NCBI GenBank assembly: GCA_035221665.1
Contig: CM069153.1
Coordinates: forward strand, 19,220,001 to 19,284,000
DNA length: 64,000 bases
DNA from: Okamejei kenojei
Lineage: Eukaryota
Direction of reading: 5' to 3'
The position numbers and the translations under genes are program-made. The notes beneath the pieces were generated by a model. It was not told the DNA's origin. It ran no database searches and saw only the letters and a list, made by a program, of their open reading frames with translations. Positions 1-14,276 of this stretch are shown piece by piece (positions within the stretch are counted from its first letter, which is position 1; every line of letters begins with the position of its first letter).

Positions 1-2418
1 GTGACAAAGTTTTATTGCTGTTTGTATGTGTGGGTGCCACAGACAGCTTTCATTCAGGTAGTACTTTCAATATATACTGTAAATGTGCCCAAAGGTGTTT
101 TGCAAGTCTGAATGGATCCAGTTTATGCAACTTTCTGATTTACCTTTTAACATGACAATTTTCAGTAGATTCTTGAATCCTTTCCATGTTTGTTTTATCT
201 TATCTGAACTGCATGGTTGCCATAGTTCTTGGTCGGTCCTCATATTGAATGAGCAAAATCAACTTTTCATACTGAGTTCTTATCAGCAGCAGAGGGTACA
301 GGCAGACAACTGGCTGCCAGAGCAATATTAATATTGTACTGCTGCTGACTATCATTAGGGAAGAAGCAGCTGATGATTAGAAGATTAGGAGGACAGTACA
401 AAACTTGCATGGTCCCATTTCATGACACCGCTTATAAATGTTGATAAGTGGCCGATGTCGACTTAAGTTGTCATTCTTCCTATCACGCAGTCGATGTCTT
501 GAATTTCCCTCTCCCAAAGCACCTGTCATGTTCCAAACCTCATTGTAGACCTGTTCAAAATAATTTCATCAAAAACAGCTAGACAGTTTTGGGAACTGTC
601 AAATTTTGTGAATTCAATTTTGCTGTTATGTTTTTCTGACATCTTTGGAAGTAAAATTGTTTAAGTATGCATTATTTTGTACAGATAATTCAATTTGTTC
701 TTCAGGAAAATAATTGAAACAGACTTAGTTATCTAATGGTAGCACTCTTCATCAAATGCTAGTATGTTTTTTTTTTAACCAAAGTGCTTTTTTTTAAATG
801 TTTCATCTCTTCCTACTTAAACAGAGGAGAAGAACTGTGGTTAAAAATTCAACCAGAGTTCACTGGCATTAAATATATTGGCATATTGACATGTAATAAA
901 GCAAGTGAGCAGAATTGTGAGCTTCTTCAATAATATTATCTCTCATAATTATACTTTTTTCCATGCAAATATTATAATTTCAAGATGACCTTCCTCTGCA
1001 GTTATGCATTTATTTGTGTCAATAAATTTGAATGATATCCGAAAGGAACTATACTACTTAAACTATATTGTTCTCCATCAACACTCTGCTGTACACTCAT
1101 TGTTTGCCCAAGACTCTGGGTTATTAATCCAGTACTTTAACCGTTGTGGCATTTGCAGTATGCTTAAAAATCTTGTTCGTACTGAAATTACTGAAGGGTT
1201 TCCGGCAGGATCTAATTGGCCAAAGTTTCTTTTTTGGGTCGTGTTATGTCAAAGAAACATCAGTTTTCAAGTGCCTTGCTAAGTTTTCGTTCTCATTTCC
1301 TTCCTTATTGAGATTATTTCTTCGTCACCTTCAGCCTCAGCCAACATCTGGTTATTTGTGGAAGTGAAAACTCAGAATTAGTCTAAAATACATTGAGATA
1401 CTGGGAAAAAAAAACAACTGCTGGTTATACTAATGTGAAGAATTATACTTTTAGAAAGTTACCTTCAAACTTCTTGTCATTGAATGAGACTTGAAATAAA
1501 CAAAATTCTGTTCTAGCTGTATCCAAAACAATGTACAACTAAACTACTTTGATTCATTAGCTGTCCTGCATAAACAGAACAGGGCAAAGAAAGCTGGACG
1601 TGTGACTTGCACCATGAGCTAAAACAAGTGTTCTATAAATTTGCACCTGGCGTCAGTCAAATAGCTGCAACCCAATCAGCAAGTGTCCAATGTTCTGGGT
1701 CAGTTACAAAAAAGTACACAATATAGCAGCTCTTAAGTCTGTTTTATGCCATTGTACTAGATCAGCTGTCAATTGTGTGCCTTTCTTGTGAGGGAAATTC
1801 TCTCTAACATTTAGACTTTGAAGTAGTAAACCAGCTGTTTCAAGCACCATTTGGACATACTGTATGTGTGTCCATGTGTCCTTCAAATAGTGCGCAAGTC
1901 TGAATGTGATATGTTTATTCTTGCAAGGAATACACTTTTGAATCCTCCCAAAAAACTTTCATTCAGAAAATACTCTTTAACTGGAACCAATTTGTATATG
2001 CACATGGGATCTGTATAAAAGTGGTTTAACTAATGAACATCACACTTCATTTCAACTATACATTAAGAGCAATAAAATATAACACAATATGAAATTATCA
2101 AATATCCAATTAACATGACCCAATTGGGTTAGCCTAACCTTCAGGTTCCATTAAAACCTTTACAGTACTGCTAGTATGCTGTGCACCATGGAAATCCCAC
2201 TGATCTGACACAAAGATCTTGAAAGGACTATGAAAATTAAATACAGCCAAAGCCAAACAGTAAATGGTTTCAGTTTGAAAAGCAGATTTCTTCCAATTTT
2301 GTCTGGTTGTGATATTTAAGAAATTGTCTTTGGTGGATTTCTTATGATCATCAAAGTAAACAGTGGCAAAATATCCACACTAAATTTTATCGAATGTAAA
2401 TTACTGAAGACAGCCTAA

Positions 2419-3163
2419 TGGGCCTGTCCCACTTAGGCGACTTTTTAGGCAACTGCAGGAGACTATGCGGTTGCCACATGGTTGCCACATGTTCGCGGGT
2501 GGTTGCCAGGTAGTCACCTTCATGGTCGTGATGAGTACCTGCATTCTGGGAACTGGTCGCTGCCTCATTATGATTGACGCAAATTTTTCAACATGTTGAA
2601 AATTTAGCGCCGTCCAGAATGAAGCTGCCATGGAGAGTAGCGAGAATTTTTGTGCCGTAGGTGCATTGATAGTGGGTTGCCAGGAGTTCGAAGGTTCTCG
2701 TAGGTTCTTGTAGCTTAAAGCCGTTGCTAACCGGTGAATTTCATTGGGGAAAAAAAACGTAAGCAGTAGTTTTCAGAATCAAGGATAATGTCTGCCAAGC
2801 TTCACAGCCATGTATCTCAGGCTTCTAAAAGTTGTCGCCACTCCTTCTCCCCCCCCCTCTCCCCCTCCCTTCCCATCCCCCCCCCCTTTTAAGGAACTTC
2901 CCGTACGCTTTCACCGTTGTAATTACAGCGCCAACCTTCCTGTTCATCGCAGTGTGTGTCTGTATCACATTGGCTTTGCACTGCGTGAATTTCACTCAGA
3001 CTGCGCTCCCCCCGCTTGCCCTGTCCCCCGCCTGCATAACGGGCTGGTGAAGGAAGCGATGTGTGTGTTCCACTGGACAGTCACCGTTCCAGTCGCCGGT
3101 TTTTCAGGCGACTGCCGGTGAGTTGACAGTCGCCTGAAAAATCGCCTAAGTAGGACAGACCCA
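2419..3163. mobile_element. Non-autonomous DNA transposon, PIF/Harbinger-type MITE
   Basis: TIRs TGGGCCTGTCCCACTTAGGCGA...TCGCCTAAGTAGGACAGACCCA, flanked by TAA and TTA (TWA target). No transposase ORF. Confidence 0.8.
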
Positions 3164-3659
3164 TTACAGGCCATTCTGCCGTAACTTGCACTTCGAAAGA
3201 ATTCATAAAAAGAGGTGACATTTGTCTATTGAATGATGACTCACTTCTTGTACAGCTGCCTTCAGTCCAAAAGTAATATTGCTGGGCAGATTCAGCAACT
3301 TATTCAGCAGACTAATCATAACAAATTTGAGCAACTTTACATTTGCATTGCTAATTTTTTTTTGCATGGGACTTGTTCCACGGATGCTACAGCCATAGGT
3401 GGCTCTTGTAATATAAAACCAGCTGTAGCCATACTCAAATTCAGTTTTTATTCAAGAGTTCATTTTAATTTAGAAACTCAACTGTGCTCAATTTCACTGT
3501 GTCATGAACATTTCTATAGTAGTGATTCAGTGAAACAATTCAAACTGCAAAATAACTACATCAACCTTGCAAAAGGTTACCAGCTTCATGCGTTGTTACA
3601 CTTTGTGTTCTGGTTTATTTGTCTCTGCCCAATTATGAACTGACATTTATTTATTTTCT

Positions 3660-4055
3660 GAAACATAGAACAGTACAGAACAGGAACAAGCTCTTCAGCA
3701 CACAATGTCTGTGCCGAATATGGTGCAAAATTAAACTAAACCCTCTGCCTGCACATGATCCATATCTTTATATTCTCTGCATATCCATGTGCCTTATCTT
3801 AAAGCCTCTTCATTGCCACTATATGTGCTTCCACCACCATTCCTGGCAGTGCGTCCAGGCGCCTACCAATGGGGGAAAGAAAATTGCTCCTCATTACTCC
3901 ATTAAACTATTCCCCCTTCTCCCTCACCTTGAACCTATGCCCTCTAGTATTTGTCGTTTCCACCTTGGGAGAAAGATTCTGACTGTGTACCCCGTCAATG
4001 CTTCTCATCATTTTATAAACTCTGCCTCTGATGCTTCAGAGAAAACAATCTAGGT
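3660..4055 (-). mobile_element. Older CR1 LINE 3' fragment
   Basis: catagaacagtacag...aggaacaagctcttcagcacacaatgtctgtgccga tail, related to the copy at 58758-58925. Confidence 0.65.
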
Positions 4056-4652
4056 AGTTGGGGATCTATGCAGCACCATGGCCAAAATATCATCAGTCTG
4101 GAGTTATCTTTATTAAAGTAGACTCACTTTAGCTTTGTTTCTGTGCGGTTTTAGTTTAGAATTTAGTTTTGAGATAGTTCATCATTCTTTAGAGAAATTT
4201 TGCGATTTCATACCTTAATTAAGTGGCATTGAAAATAATGTTTAGTGCTTTATACCATCATAAGTCCAGCTCAAATCCACCAGACACTCTATTGATCTAC
4301 TTAGAAATCCTAAATCGTAGTGGATTTAGTGGGGAAGGAAATGTGGGTGTTGCATTATTTTTCTTTGGATAATGTTCATCTACTGTTGGAAACTGTAAAG
4401 GCGAAATTATGATTCTGGATTTCCTTGGTCTTCAAATTAGAAATCAGTAGAAGATTTCCCAGAAAAGGGCTTAATTTTAAAATACCTTCTGTGATATTTC
4501 TCCATAGTCCTATTATTCTGCATAATTTCAGGTTCACTTTACCGACGTGCTTTGAAAATTTATGTTTTAATCTCCTATGTAAAATGTGAAATGACTTTTT
4601 AGGATTTATACTGTGAGCTGAACGCCTAACATTGTTTTATAATTCCATGCAG

Positions 4653-4723
4653 TTTTTCGAGGTGCCCTTTGACTCGAACATGAACAGGACAAAGAACCGA
4701 CCTCTTGTCAGGGGGCAGATTAG
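4653..4723 (+). CDS. COX10: COX10 (protoheme IX farnesyltransferase / heme O synthase) internal coding exon, 71 nt
   Basis: ag|TTTTTCGAG...ATTAG|gttagt translates to [23 protein letters not shown](S), the UbiA-family motif region of COX10. Canonical splice sites; phase joins the exon at 14044. Not in the ORF track. Confidence 0.95.
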
Positions 4724-7576
4724 GTTAGTCTCCTTTCACCATTGTACTTGCTACTTTTAACAATTTCAAGTATTTTTTTAAGGATTTATAGAATTAGAAA
4801 TGTGTGTTGGTACAGGTCCACCATCAATTTTCTGGCATCCTTGGTTCCAGAGTCTTGTCGGATTATCCATTTCGCCAGACCAACAGAGGTCGCCTAATAA
4901 TAATTCAACAATTATGGGCCCACTGATTATACCCCTCCCGTGTCTCTATAGTACCATGAATTGCTGGAATTACATTAAAAATTAGCAATTAACAAATAAG
5001 TAAATAATTAACTCTTTCATGACAGAGGCACACATCGCTAAAGTGCGTGCACCAGACGCAATGCTCTCTTAATTTTATTCAGTTTAACGAAAAATCGGTG
5101 ATGGATCTGTAATATGCAATGTGAACTAGAAAGACAGGCACTTTGGTGTCTCTTCCAGACTTCAAGATCAGTCGTCTTGAATTTTTCCACTTCCATTCTA
5201 TTTGCCTCTATCATGTGAAGCAAATTGAATGAAAGTATAAAAATTCTCAATTGCTTCAACTGTCTCTGAACAACCAGCTTATTCCATTGGGTTCAGCAAT
5301 TCCACATAATGAGCATTCAATCGTTCTACATTTTGAAGCATCTGATGTTCAATTTCTCTGCTCCAGTAGTATCTGCTCAAAATAAGATGCTGGTGATGAG
5401 AAATTGGGAGCTGTAAAGTAGCAAAGAAATTTAGCTCTCCGTGAACACAGATCACTAAAAGTTGCCCTACAGGCAGAAAAACTAATAAGAAAAAGCTCAT
5501 GTACTGTTGGCCTTTCTCTAAAAAAGGTCGGATAGAAAAAGAGTAAGTTATTCTCTAGTTGCATGGAGTTTGAGTTGTATTGCCTCTGGACTAATTTTTT
5601 GTTCAGTTATTCATTTTGTTCACATTATTCATCTCAAACACTAATAATGCAGAGATTCACCATAATAATATCAGAGTTTCTAAGATTTAATTTTGTAGAC
5701 CAATTATACGGACTTGGCTTATATTCCCTCGAGTTTAAAAGGCTGAGAGGTTGTCTATTTAATTAAGACGTTTAAAGGGATTCAGTAGGATAATTCCAGA
5801 GAAACTATTCCATGCGGTGAGGATTCCCGAACAAGAGAAAATAATAAGATTACTGCCCGATCAAGTAGAAGTTAAATTAGTTTCATAAAAGTAATAGCAG
5901 AAATTTAGAACACTTTCACTCCACACAAAATAGTTATTGAAACTTCTGTACTGTACTTTCAAGGCTAGATAAGATATTTCTTGGATAATGTTATCAACCC
6001 TGAACCCTGATATTTACCCTGAAAATCATCTGACTGACACAGCTAAAGTGGCTATATAATAACAGTGATGTATTATTGTGGTTCCAAAATGTATTTCCCT
6101 GGACATAAATAGACCTAAGTTTTCAATGCAAAAGCATAATATATCTCCTCTTCGATAAAAGTGTTTTGACACTATATACCAGGGATGTAATTTTTTGGCG
6201 ATAGATTTTGTAAAAATAAAAGTGACTAATTGGAATATATGCCTCCTGCACATTTTGAGCTGCACATTGCATTTCCAAAATTGCCTATCCCCCATAGAGT
6301 CATTTAAAGTATTGGTTTCAGGTCTCTCCCATTAAGGGAAAGAAACAATCAATGAAATGCCATTCTTTTGTTAAAATGTAAACTAGCCTATATTGTTAAA
6401 ATCACTGAAACAACACTGTCCTAAAGATTTAGATGAAAAAATGAAATGATTCAACGCAGATTCCACATGTACATTAATTTAATGTGCACTGTGATTTTGA
6501 TCGCAACAATTACAGAGTACTCTGTGACGCTTTACTCTCTCACCAGTGTGCTCTGCCTCAAAGGTATAAAACTTAAAGCATCATGATGTAAAATTCCAGT
6601 GCTCTCACGACCTTGAATTCTTACACATTAATCTTGCATGCAAGCTATTGACCCTTCACATTTTAAGACATTCTTTCATTACTTTCCGGCAGCTAGGGGG
6701 CCATGCATCCAGAGGTGTACAATGCAGGTTTCCAACACATTAATTGCAAGCTTGGGCACTTGATAAATTTGACTGGGTTATACCTCACGCTGTGTGAGGA
6801 AACATCCCAGATGCTCATCTATAAACTTGGAGTCACAGTCCATTTTGCTAACTGAAGGCTCCATCTGCTTTTGGTGAGGAGCAGAGAAGAAAGATGGACT
6901 CCTAATTGAGCTGTCTTCAGCGTTGCTCTCATCTTCTTCCAGAGGTCAAATTGAGTTAATTTTATGGAACTATCCTCACTAATGTGCAATTCATGGTTTG
7001 TAATTCTACCTATTTTAATTCCAAGAGCAGGCAGATAGTTGTAATTCCAAATTTTAATTTTCTAAATGTAATCTCTATAATGTTATGGATGTTCCACCTT
7101 CGGCAACTGAAACTTGTTCAGAGCAGTAAAATATTTAATTAAGCATTTATACGATCATTAAAGCTCAAAATAAGGCAGTATCTCTTTTTACATCACTTTT
7201 ACAATATCTCATAAAATGTATACTCATCTTACTAAACTGCAAATTTAATTCCAATGTCACAATCTGTTAACTGAGTAATTCCAATTTTGAAGAATATGTA
7301 CACACAATTTCAGTTAATTTGTGAGCATCCTATTGATTTTCTTGCAGATTGTCAGACTGTCATATTATGTTATCCCTCAGATTCCAATGTCAAATTCTTT
7401 GAATTTTTTTTTCACTTAACTGAGAAAGGGGGGCAAAAAAAGTAGCGAGTGATGAAAGCTCAGAAAACCTCTGGAAGTAAAACAATTTTCCGCCCCTGTT
7501 TTGGTATCGTGAGTTAATGTGTAGTTGCATAGCACATCATAGGGTTCTTTTAATTTTTAGGTATTATGTAAAATAT

Positions 7577-7790
7577 CATGGTGGCGCAGTGGTAGAGTTG
7601 CTTCCTTATAGCATCAGAGATCTGAGTTCGATCCTGACTACAGGTGCTGTCTGTACGGGAATTGTACGTTTGACCTTTTGAATTTTCTCCAGGTGCCCCG
7701 GGTTCATCCCACACCCCAAAGCCATACAGGTTTATAAGTTCATTTGGCTTTGGTAAAAAAAAAGAATTGTCCCTCGTTACAATGGTGTAG
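7577..7790 (+). mobile_element. V-SINE (HE1-like), partial
   Basis: ggtggcgcagtggtagagttgc...gagttcgatcc head plus V-domain. Confidence 0.8.
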
Positions 7791-7797
7791 AATCTGG

Positions 7798-7892
7798 ATA
7801 TCTGAAGAAGGGTCTCGACTCGAAACGTCGCCTATCTCCTTCGCTCCTTAGATGCTGCTGCACCCGCTGAGTTTCTCCAGCATTTTGTGTAT
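7798..7892 (+). mobile_element. Short Penelope-derived hammerhead element
   Basis: TCTGAAGAAGGGTCTCGACTCGAAACGTCGCC...cccgctgagtttctccagcattttgtgt. Confidence 0.8.
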
Positions 7893-9164
7893 CCCATATT
7901 CAATGGCCGGTTTCGATGGGCTTAAGATACCTGCGGCTGTTACACGCATTTATCCGCACATTTGCTCGAATCCAACGTTAATCGTGTTTTCTTCAGTGGA
8001 GCTCAGAAGTCCTGGGGTTTTGTCCGCATGTCTTGAAGGTGGCAGAGGAGATGGGAAATTGAAAAAGTAGACATAGAGGAACATTGAATTTGGGATTTTA
8101 TAAATAAATGTGTGGAGAAACAAGGAAGTTATGTTGAATATTCATGAAATACTGGTTTAAACCCATCTTGAGAATCACGTGAGTGTGTACTACTTTTGAA
8201 AAAAGTCATCACAGAATCTACATGAATAAATTATTTTATAATATTCAATAAATGTGTTTATTATGTATCCTATCACACCACATTTCAAAGCCAATTGTTT
8301 CAATGGTTGAGACTGGTTTATTGAAGAGAACAGTTTAGCCTATTAATATAAAATAGGATTTATGAATGTTAAATGTGATTTTTATTCATAGTTTCTGCAA
8401 ACACTCCCTCCCATTTCAAATTGAATCCCATTCCTCAGCCATGAAAGCTGAATGAAGCAAACTTTTTTATGACATTTTATTTAAATTCTATCATATTTAT
8501 GTTTATTCTGACCTGTCCATTTCACATTGATCCTGTGTAAGTTCTTATTATGTTTAGATGAAGTATTAAGTGGAAGAGTAATACAGCATTCATGCCCGCA
8601 ACAGGAGTTTTTTAGGAGAATCTTTAAGGAGATTGTTCTGAGAAGCGTTTAATCCAATCTTTTTTTACATTTGGAACAGGCAATGTTGAATCTTGAAGGC
8701 TCTTTCAATTAAGTTTAATTAGGAATTGTGTTTTTGGTTAATTATTCTGGTCTTTTTTTTGCATTTTTGCTCTTAAGTTGATGTTTGTAGAAAATGTTAA
8801 CCACTTTAACACATTAATATGTCAATCAGATGTGTTGATCGGCATCATGAATGCAGAACAATAGAATGGAAAATAAAGATGACAGTCATAAATACAAGCT
8901 GCTGGAGTCTGAAGAAAGGTCCAGCCCAAAACATTGTCTGCTTGTTTTCCTCCACAGATGCTGTCTGAACTACTGAGTAACTCCAGTCATTTGTTTTGGG
9001 TTCAAGATTCCAGCAACAGCAGTCTCTTGTATCTGTAGGGGTTTTTTTAAGTTGCATCTTACTTGGTTCCCTTTGGGTGACAATTAAACATGTAGGACTC
9101 AGCCACTTATCCCAGTAACAGCAGTTCATATTGCCTTTGGTGCATACTACAGTGGTTTAGCAGA

Positions 9165-9580
9165 CTATAGAGGATGTTTGCCAGGACAAGAGGGCCTGAG
9201 CGAAAGGGAGAGGTTGAACTAGCTCGGAGCACAGTATAGAGGTATAAAATTATGAGAGCAATTGATCAGGTAAATGCGCAGAGTCTCTTGCTCAAAGTAG
9301 GAGAATCAAGAACCAGAGGACACGTTTAAGGTGAGGGAGGAGGGAAGGAGATTTAATAAGAATCTGAGGGGTAACTTTTTCATGCAAAAGGTGGTAGGTG
9401 TGTGGAATGAGCTGCCAGGTGAGGTAGTTGAGGCAGGTACTATTGCAACATTTAATAAACCTTTAGATAGGTTTAGAGGGATCTGGGCCAAATGCAGGTA
9501 GGTGGGTCTAGTGTAGATGGGACATGTTGGCCGGTGTGGGCCGAAGGGTCTGTTTCCAAGCTGTAAGACTCTTAGACTCT
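9165..9580 (+). mobile_element. Older CR1 LINE 3' fragment
   Basis: Degenerate CR1 ORF2 C-terminus (SRTRGH, VGVWNELP-like) plus 3' tail ggccgaagggtctgtttcc. Confidence 0.8.
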
Positions 9581-9805
9581 ATTGGAATTTGTCCCTAAAT
9601 ATGGATTGAGGATTGAAACTTGAAGGCCATCTTTTTTTTAAATGTCCTGTGAATGTATGAAATTGTTCACTTGTCTTATCTTTGTATGTAATCCAAAAAG
9701 TAATTTTCTCTCAATGTTATTATTCCTGATGTGGCAGATCTGTTCTTCTGTGAGGGTGAACCTCAAGCATCATGCTGCTATAACCTCAGATCTAACAGAC
9801 AAAGG

Positions 9806-10075
9806 GTAGCATGGTAGTGCATCGGTAGAGTTGCTGCCTTACAGTACCACAGCCCCGATTTTGATCCTGACTATGACGGAGTATGTTCATTCTCCCTGTG
9901 ACAGCGTTGGTTTTCTTCGGTTTCCTCCCACATTCCAAAGACATGCTGGTTTGTAGATTAACTGTGTAAACTGTCCCTAGTGTGTAGGACAGAACTAGTC
10001 AATGGGTGATCATTGGATGGTGGGAACCCGTTGGGCCGATGGGCCTATTTTCACACTGTATCTCTGAATTTAAAG
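9806..10075 (+). mobile_element. V-SINE (HE1-like)
   Basis: Same head, V-domain and tail as 13477-13790, more diverged. Confidence 0.8.
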
Positions 10076-11734
10076 GTGATCTTTCCAAAATGTTTAACTT
10101 CTAAGCTTTCCTTTCTCTACCCATTCAATCAGTGTTGCACATCAGACCCCAGACAAAAGAATAAATGCTCTCTCTGCCCCCAATCACGCCGATCATGCAG
10201 GCTCCCAGGAGCACTTTGCAATCGGTCAGCTTGGCTTTTTACCTGAAATTTCATTTTTGTTTATCATCCCATCAGCATTATCTTGGAGCATCACTAAAAA
10301 AAACCTTGAATTTTATTACTTTATCTAAATATCTGCTGATCATTCACACTTTAAATGTTCTGCTATCTGAAATCCAAACCTCACATAACAAATTTTAGGG
10401 GCAAAAGCTTTTGAAAAAGAAAACTTCAAAAGCACTCCAATGCTGTAAAGAGCTTACAGGTCTAAAAAAAAAATCTATTTTTAAGTGAATTGAAATGTAA
10501 TTTGATTCCTCTTTACTGTGTTAAAGTTAATAATCCCTCTGCTGTGATAAAGCATAAGTGGCTGCCCTGATCATGGGACAATTGTGTAGCCAACCTTCAT
10601 GTGTTTAAAGTGGTTGCCATCCTCATTTGACAGGCTACTGCAACTCCATCATGTTCCTGGTTAGATACGGGATGATGGATAGGAAGTAACGCCTGGCTCT
10701 GCTGCAGAACTTGTTCATGCTATCCAATTATGAAGCAACAACACCTGCCCCCAAGAACCCTTTGTAAAAGATACTGTCATTAATATTTACCTCGGGGAGC
10801 TCCATAGACCTTTTTTGGTGAAATAAGCCCACATTCCTTAAAAAAAAATGTCAATAAGTGAAAGTTGTTTTTAACAATTATATAAATAGTTTATCGAGTA
10901 AAGAATGAAAATAGTGCTGGAGTTTGCACAATAGATTTTGAACATTGCCTGAAGGCAGGTTTAGAATTCCTGAAGTGTTCCTTGAGATTCAAACCGATAA
11001 TTTTTAGATAATGTCACATTTTGATATTTTGAGGCAATATTGGATTTTCCTTCCTTTTGTGTGAAATATTAATTTGTTGATGATGTAATGGAATGATAAT
11101 AAATCAACCTTGTTTATGTCCACATGCTGGAGCAATGGTACAATCATAAATCACTGAAAAAAATATATATATTATCTCATAAGAGACATAAGATTGTGCA
11201 GTGGAGCATGACCACCTGACTGATTGGACCTCCGTCATTGGACGAAGCCTTTGTCAACACCATCTGGTAGCTAGAATGCAATGACCAACCCTCATTAAAT
11301 AAAATTAACACACATCCATCTTCTGCTCCTCAGAACTGGAAGAAGGATTCCGACCCGAAACATCACCTATCCATTCCCTCCACAGATGCTGCTTGACCCT
11401 CTGAGTGATACACGCTACTTATGCTATCTTTTTTTGCATTCATGTGTTGTAAAATCCATCATTCAGAAAAGTAATAACGGTATATCAACTCGCAAACTGC
11501 ATCTCTGCTGCAAAACAGATCAGAGTCTCTTTGAGCTGCAGATGCAAAACTGGAATGAATCCCTGGCACCCATAGGTTTTGCACATCTGCAAATTAAGCA
11601 GAAATTGTGGACATCAGCTATCAGAATTGAGGAAGGGCTGACCAGCAGATGATCTGGCTCCTCCCACCGACTTTCATGGAACATGCAGCCCATTTACAGT
11701 ATAGTGCTGGTAATGCACTAGTAATTCAGCAGAC

Positions 11735-11918
11735 ATGTGGAGCTGCAGATGCTGGAGCCTTGAGCAAAAGACAAAGTGCTGGAAAAACTCAGTTGTTCTG
11801 GCAGTATCAGCGGAAGGAATGGACGGGCGACGTTTCAGGTTGGGATCCTTCTTTGGTCTGAAGAAGGATCCCGAGCCGAAACATTACCTGTTCATTCCCT
11901 CCACAGATGCTGCCTGAC
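11735..11918. mobile_element. Palindromic Penelope-derived element
   Basis: ...gacgtttcaggttgggatccttctt-tggt-ctgaagaaggatcccgagccgaaac...; a further single copy lies at about 11335-11430. Confidence 0.75.
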
Positions 11919-13476
11919 GCAATTCTGCTATAATTCAGAAGCCTGAACTGACAATCCAAACATCTGACATCAACATCCAGCATGACAGCAGAGAACTACA
12001 ATTTAGTTAATAACTGTAATAAGAAAGAAAAGACCAACTAACAGTAATCTAGACAACCAAAAGCTTGTCGTGAGAACTAATTTGGTTCATCAGTGCCCTT
12101 CAGAAGAGGAAGGTCAGGTCTCTACGTGATTTCATGAAAATGTGATAACTAGGGATGGACAATGATTGCCATTGAAGTAACCAATGATCCTGACAAATGA
12201 ACAAATAAGGTGGTAATTCAAAATAAAACTGACCTGATGAAACCAGTTATCCCTGCCTCGAATGGCAATTGATTCCCGAGTTTGTTGCACTGAAAATAAT
12301 GTCATGTCACCATACGGATAACCTGCTATTGTAACTCTTGGGCTGTTTGCACTAGTAATTCCAAAGGAATTAGGTCAAACTCAGGAACAACTCATTTTTA
12401 ACATGATTGTAAACCAGGACAGTGCAGTAAAAGTTACAAACCACCATTGTTCTATTTTGATATCAATGTTTTTTATATCACCATTTCACCTTAGTTTAAT
12501 TTTTTTTCTTTCTAGAAGCCAGTTCTTCACTACTGGAAACATCCTCTCCACATCCATTCTATCTATGCCTTTTCGTTATTCGCTTGATTTCAATGACGGC
12601 ACCCCTCATCCTTCTAAACTCTGGCATGTATGGGCCCAAAGCCATCAAATGTTAACCCAATAGATTGCTGGATATTTGCAAAACTAAAAGATTTGGGAGC
12701 AGGGCCAGAAAGTGGCTTTCAAATACAAACTAGGGTCTTGCTTAATAATAGACAGCCTCCTGAAGGGCTGAATGTGCTACTCTTGCTCCTGTTTCTCATA
12801 TTATTATATGCATTCTACTAGCCTGAGCCTGAGTAATCATGCACATCAGCAGGGGCTCAGCTTTGTTCACCTGGGTTTGCTGGGAGCAATTTGTGTTTGG
12901 GAAATCAAGCAGCTGAAATCTGGAACCCAACCTGTCCTTTTCTCACGCAATAAACTCCAAAACATCAGGAAAGATGCCACTGATTCCTAGAACTTAATTG
13001 TATTAGTTCAATTAAAATATGGAAATTACAACCCTATTTCCACAAGCCAATTTGTCGTCCTGAAGTTGTAAAAAATGATTTAAATATATCCTGCTGAAAA
13101 TTGCTGAATGTTGAATAAACAAATAAGCTTGATGTGTAATGATTATCACTGTTTGTGTGCAATCTATGGTTCATTTAATCACTGCTGAGTTTGTGTTCAG
13201 TCAGCCTAATGTAGAGCAATGTTTGTCATGTCCAGATGGGTCATTAAATAGCCTACGTGAAACATCCTCCCATTATTCACTCTTCCAGAGGTCCTTGCAA
13301 ATGTGAACTGATAAATGTGCTGTTCTTATTTCAGAAGAGTAAAAAGAAAACGTGCAGTTCCTACAATTAATAGTTTTTAATGCAGTCATTTTGAAAACAA
13401 AATACTAATTTGAGAATTCAATGCACTCCATCATGCCCATCCTTGATCGAGGAAATTAATATTTGCCTAACTATAA

Positions 13477-13790
13477 GGGCAGCACGGTAGCATAGTGGTT
13501 GTGTTGCTGTCTTACAGCGCCAGAGACCCGGGTGCGATTCTAACCATGCTGTCTGTAAGGGTTTGTACGTTCTCCCTGTGACCGCATGGGTTTTCTCTGG
13601 GTGTTCCTGATTCCTCCCACAATCCAAAGACGTACAGATTTGTAGGTTAATTGACTTTGGTAAAATATTATAAATTGTCCCCAGTACAGTATGTAGGATA
13701 GTGCTAGTGCATGGGAATCATTGGTCGGCACAGACACGTTGGGCCGTAGGGCCTATATTTCCACGCTTTATCTCTAAACAAAACTAAAAG
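13477..13790 (+). mobile_element. tRNA-derived V-SINE (HE1-like), full length
   Basis: A/B-box-like head (ggtagcatagtgg...gggtgcgattc), V-domain (gtttgtacgttctccctgtgaccgcatgggttttctc...tccaaagac) and CR1-like tail ending tctctaaacaaaactaaa. Confidence 0.85.
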
Positions 13791-14043
13791 TAGCGTAAGC
13801 AAGTTCATTCATAATCACAGACTAAACACCTATAACTGATGTAAATGTTTTGTGGCATGGGATGGTAAGGGAGAAAATGAAAACTGGCAACTTTTTGAGT
13901 TTATAATGTACTGTATCACCAGTTGTGCATCCCTGAGATCTTAAACAGTGTGTTGTTGGAACGTAGAGATTAACTTTTCTTCTGGCTACCTGTGAATTAC
14001 ATATCCAGCTTGCTGATCTGTGTGTTTTCTTTTAAACCCTTAG

Positions 14044-14276
14044 TCCTTTACATGCAGTATCCTTCGCTGCCGCCTGCAGTGTGCCCGGTATAGCGGTTTT
14101 GGCACTTGGAATTAACCCACTAACTGGAGCATTGGGAGCCTTTAACCTTTTCCTCTACACATGTTGCTACACCCCAATGAAACGGCTGAGTATTCTCAAC
14201 ACCTGGGTGGGCTCTGTGGTTGGTGCTATTCCTCCAGTCATGGGCTGGACAGCAGCCACTGGCAGCATCGGCGCAG
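14044..14276 (+). CDS. COX10: COX10 penultimate coding exon, 233 nt
   Basis: tag|TCCTTTA...GGCGCAG|gtaagt translates to (S)[77 protein letters not shown](G), closely resembling vertebrate COX10. Phases are compatible on both sides. Confidence 0.97.

Noticed and set aside
1-4652. ORFs of 60-144 aa upstream of the first COX10 exon seen
   Set aside because: No recognisable protein motifs, and several overlap a MITE or CR1 remnant. Treated as intron; earlier COX10 exons are outside the window.
7577-7640. tRNA-like A/B boxes at SINE heads
   Set aside because: No complete cloverleaf, and they continue into the V-SINE body. They are SINE promoters, not tRNA genes.
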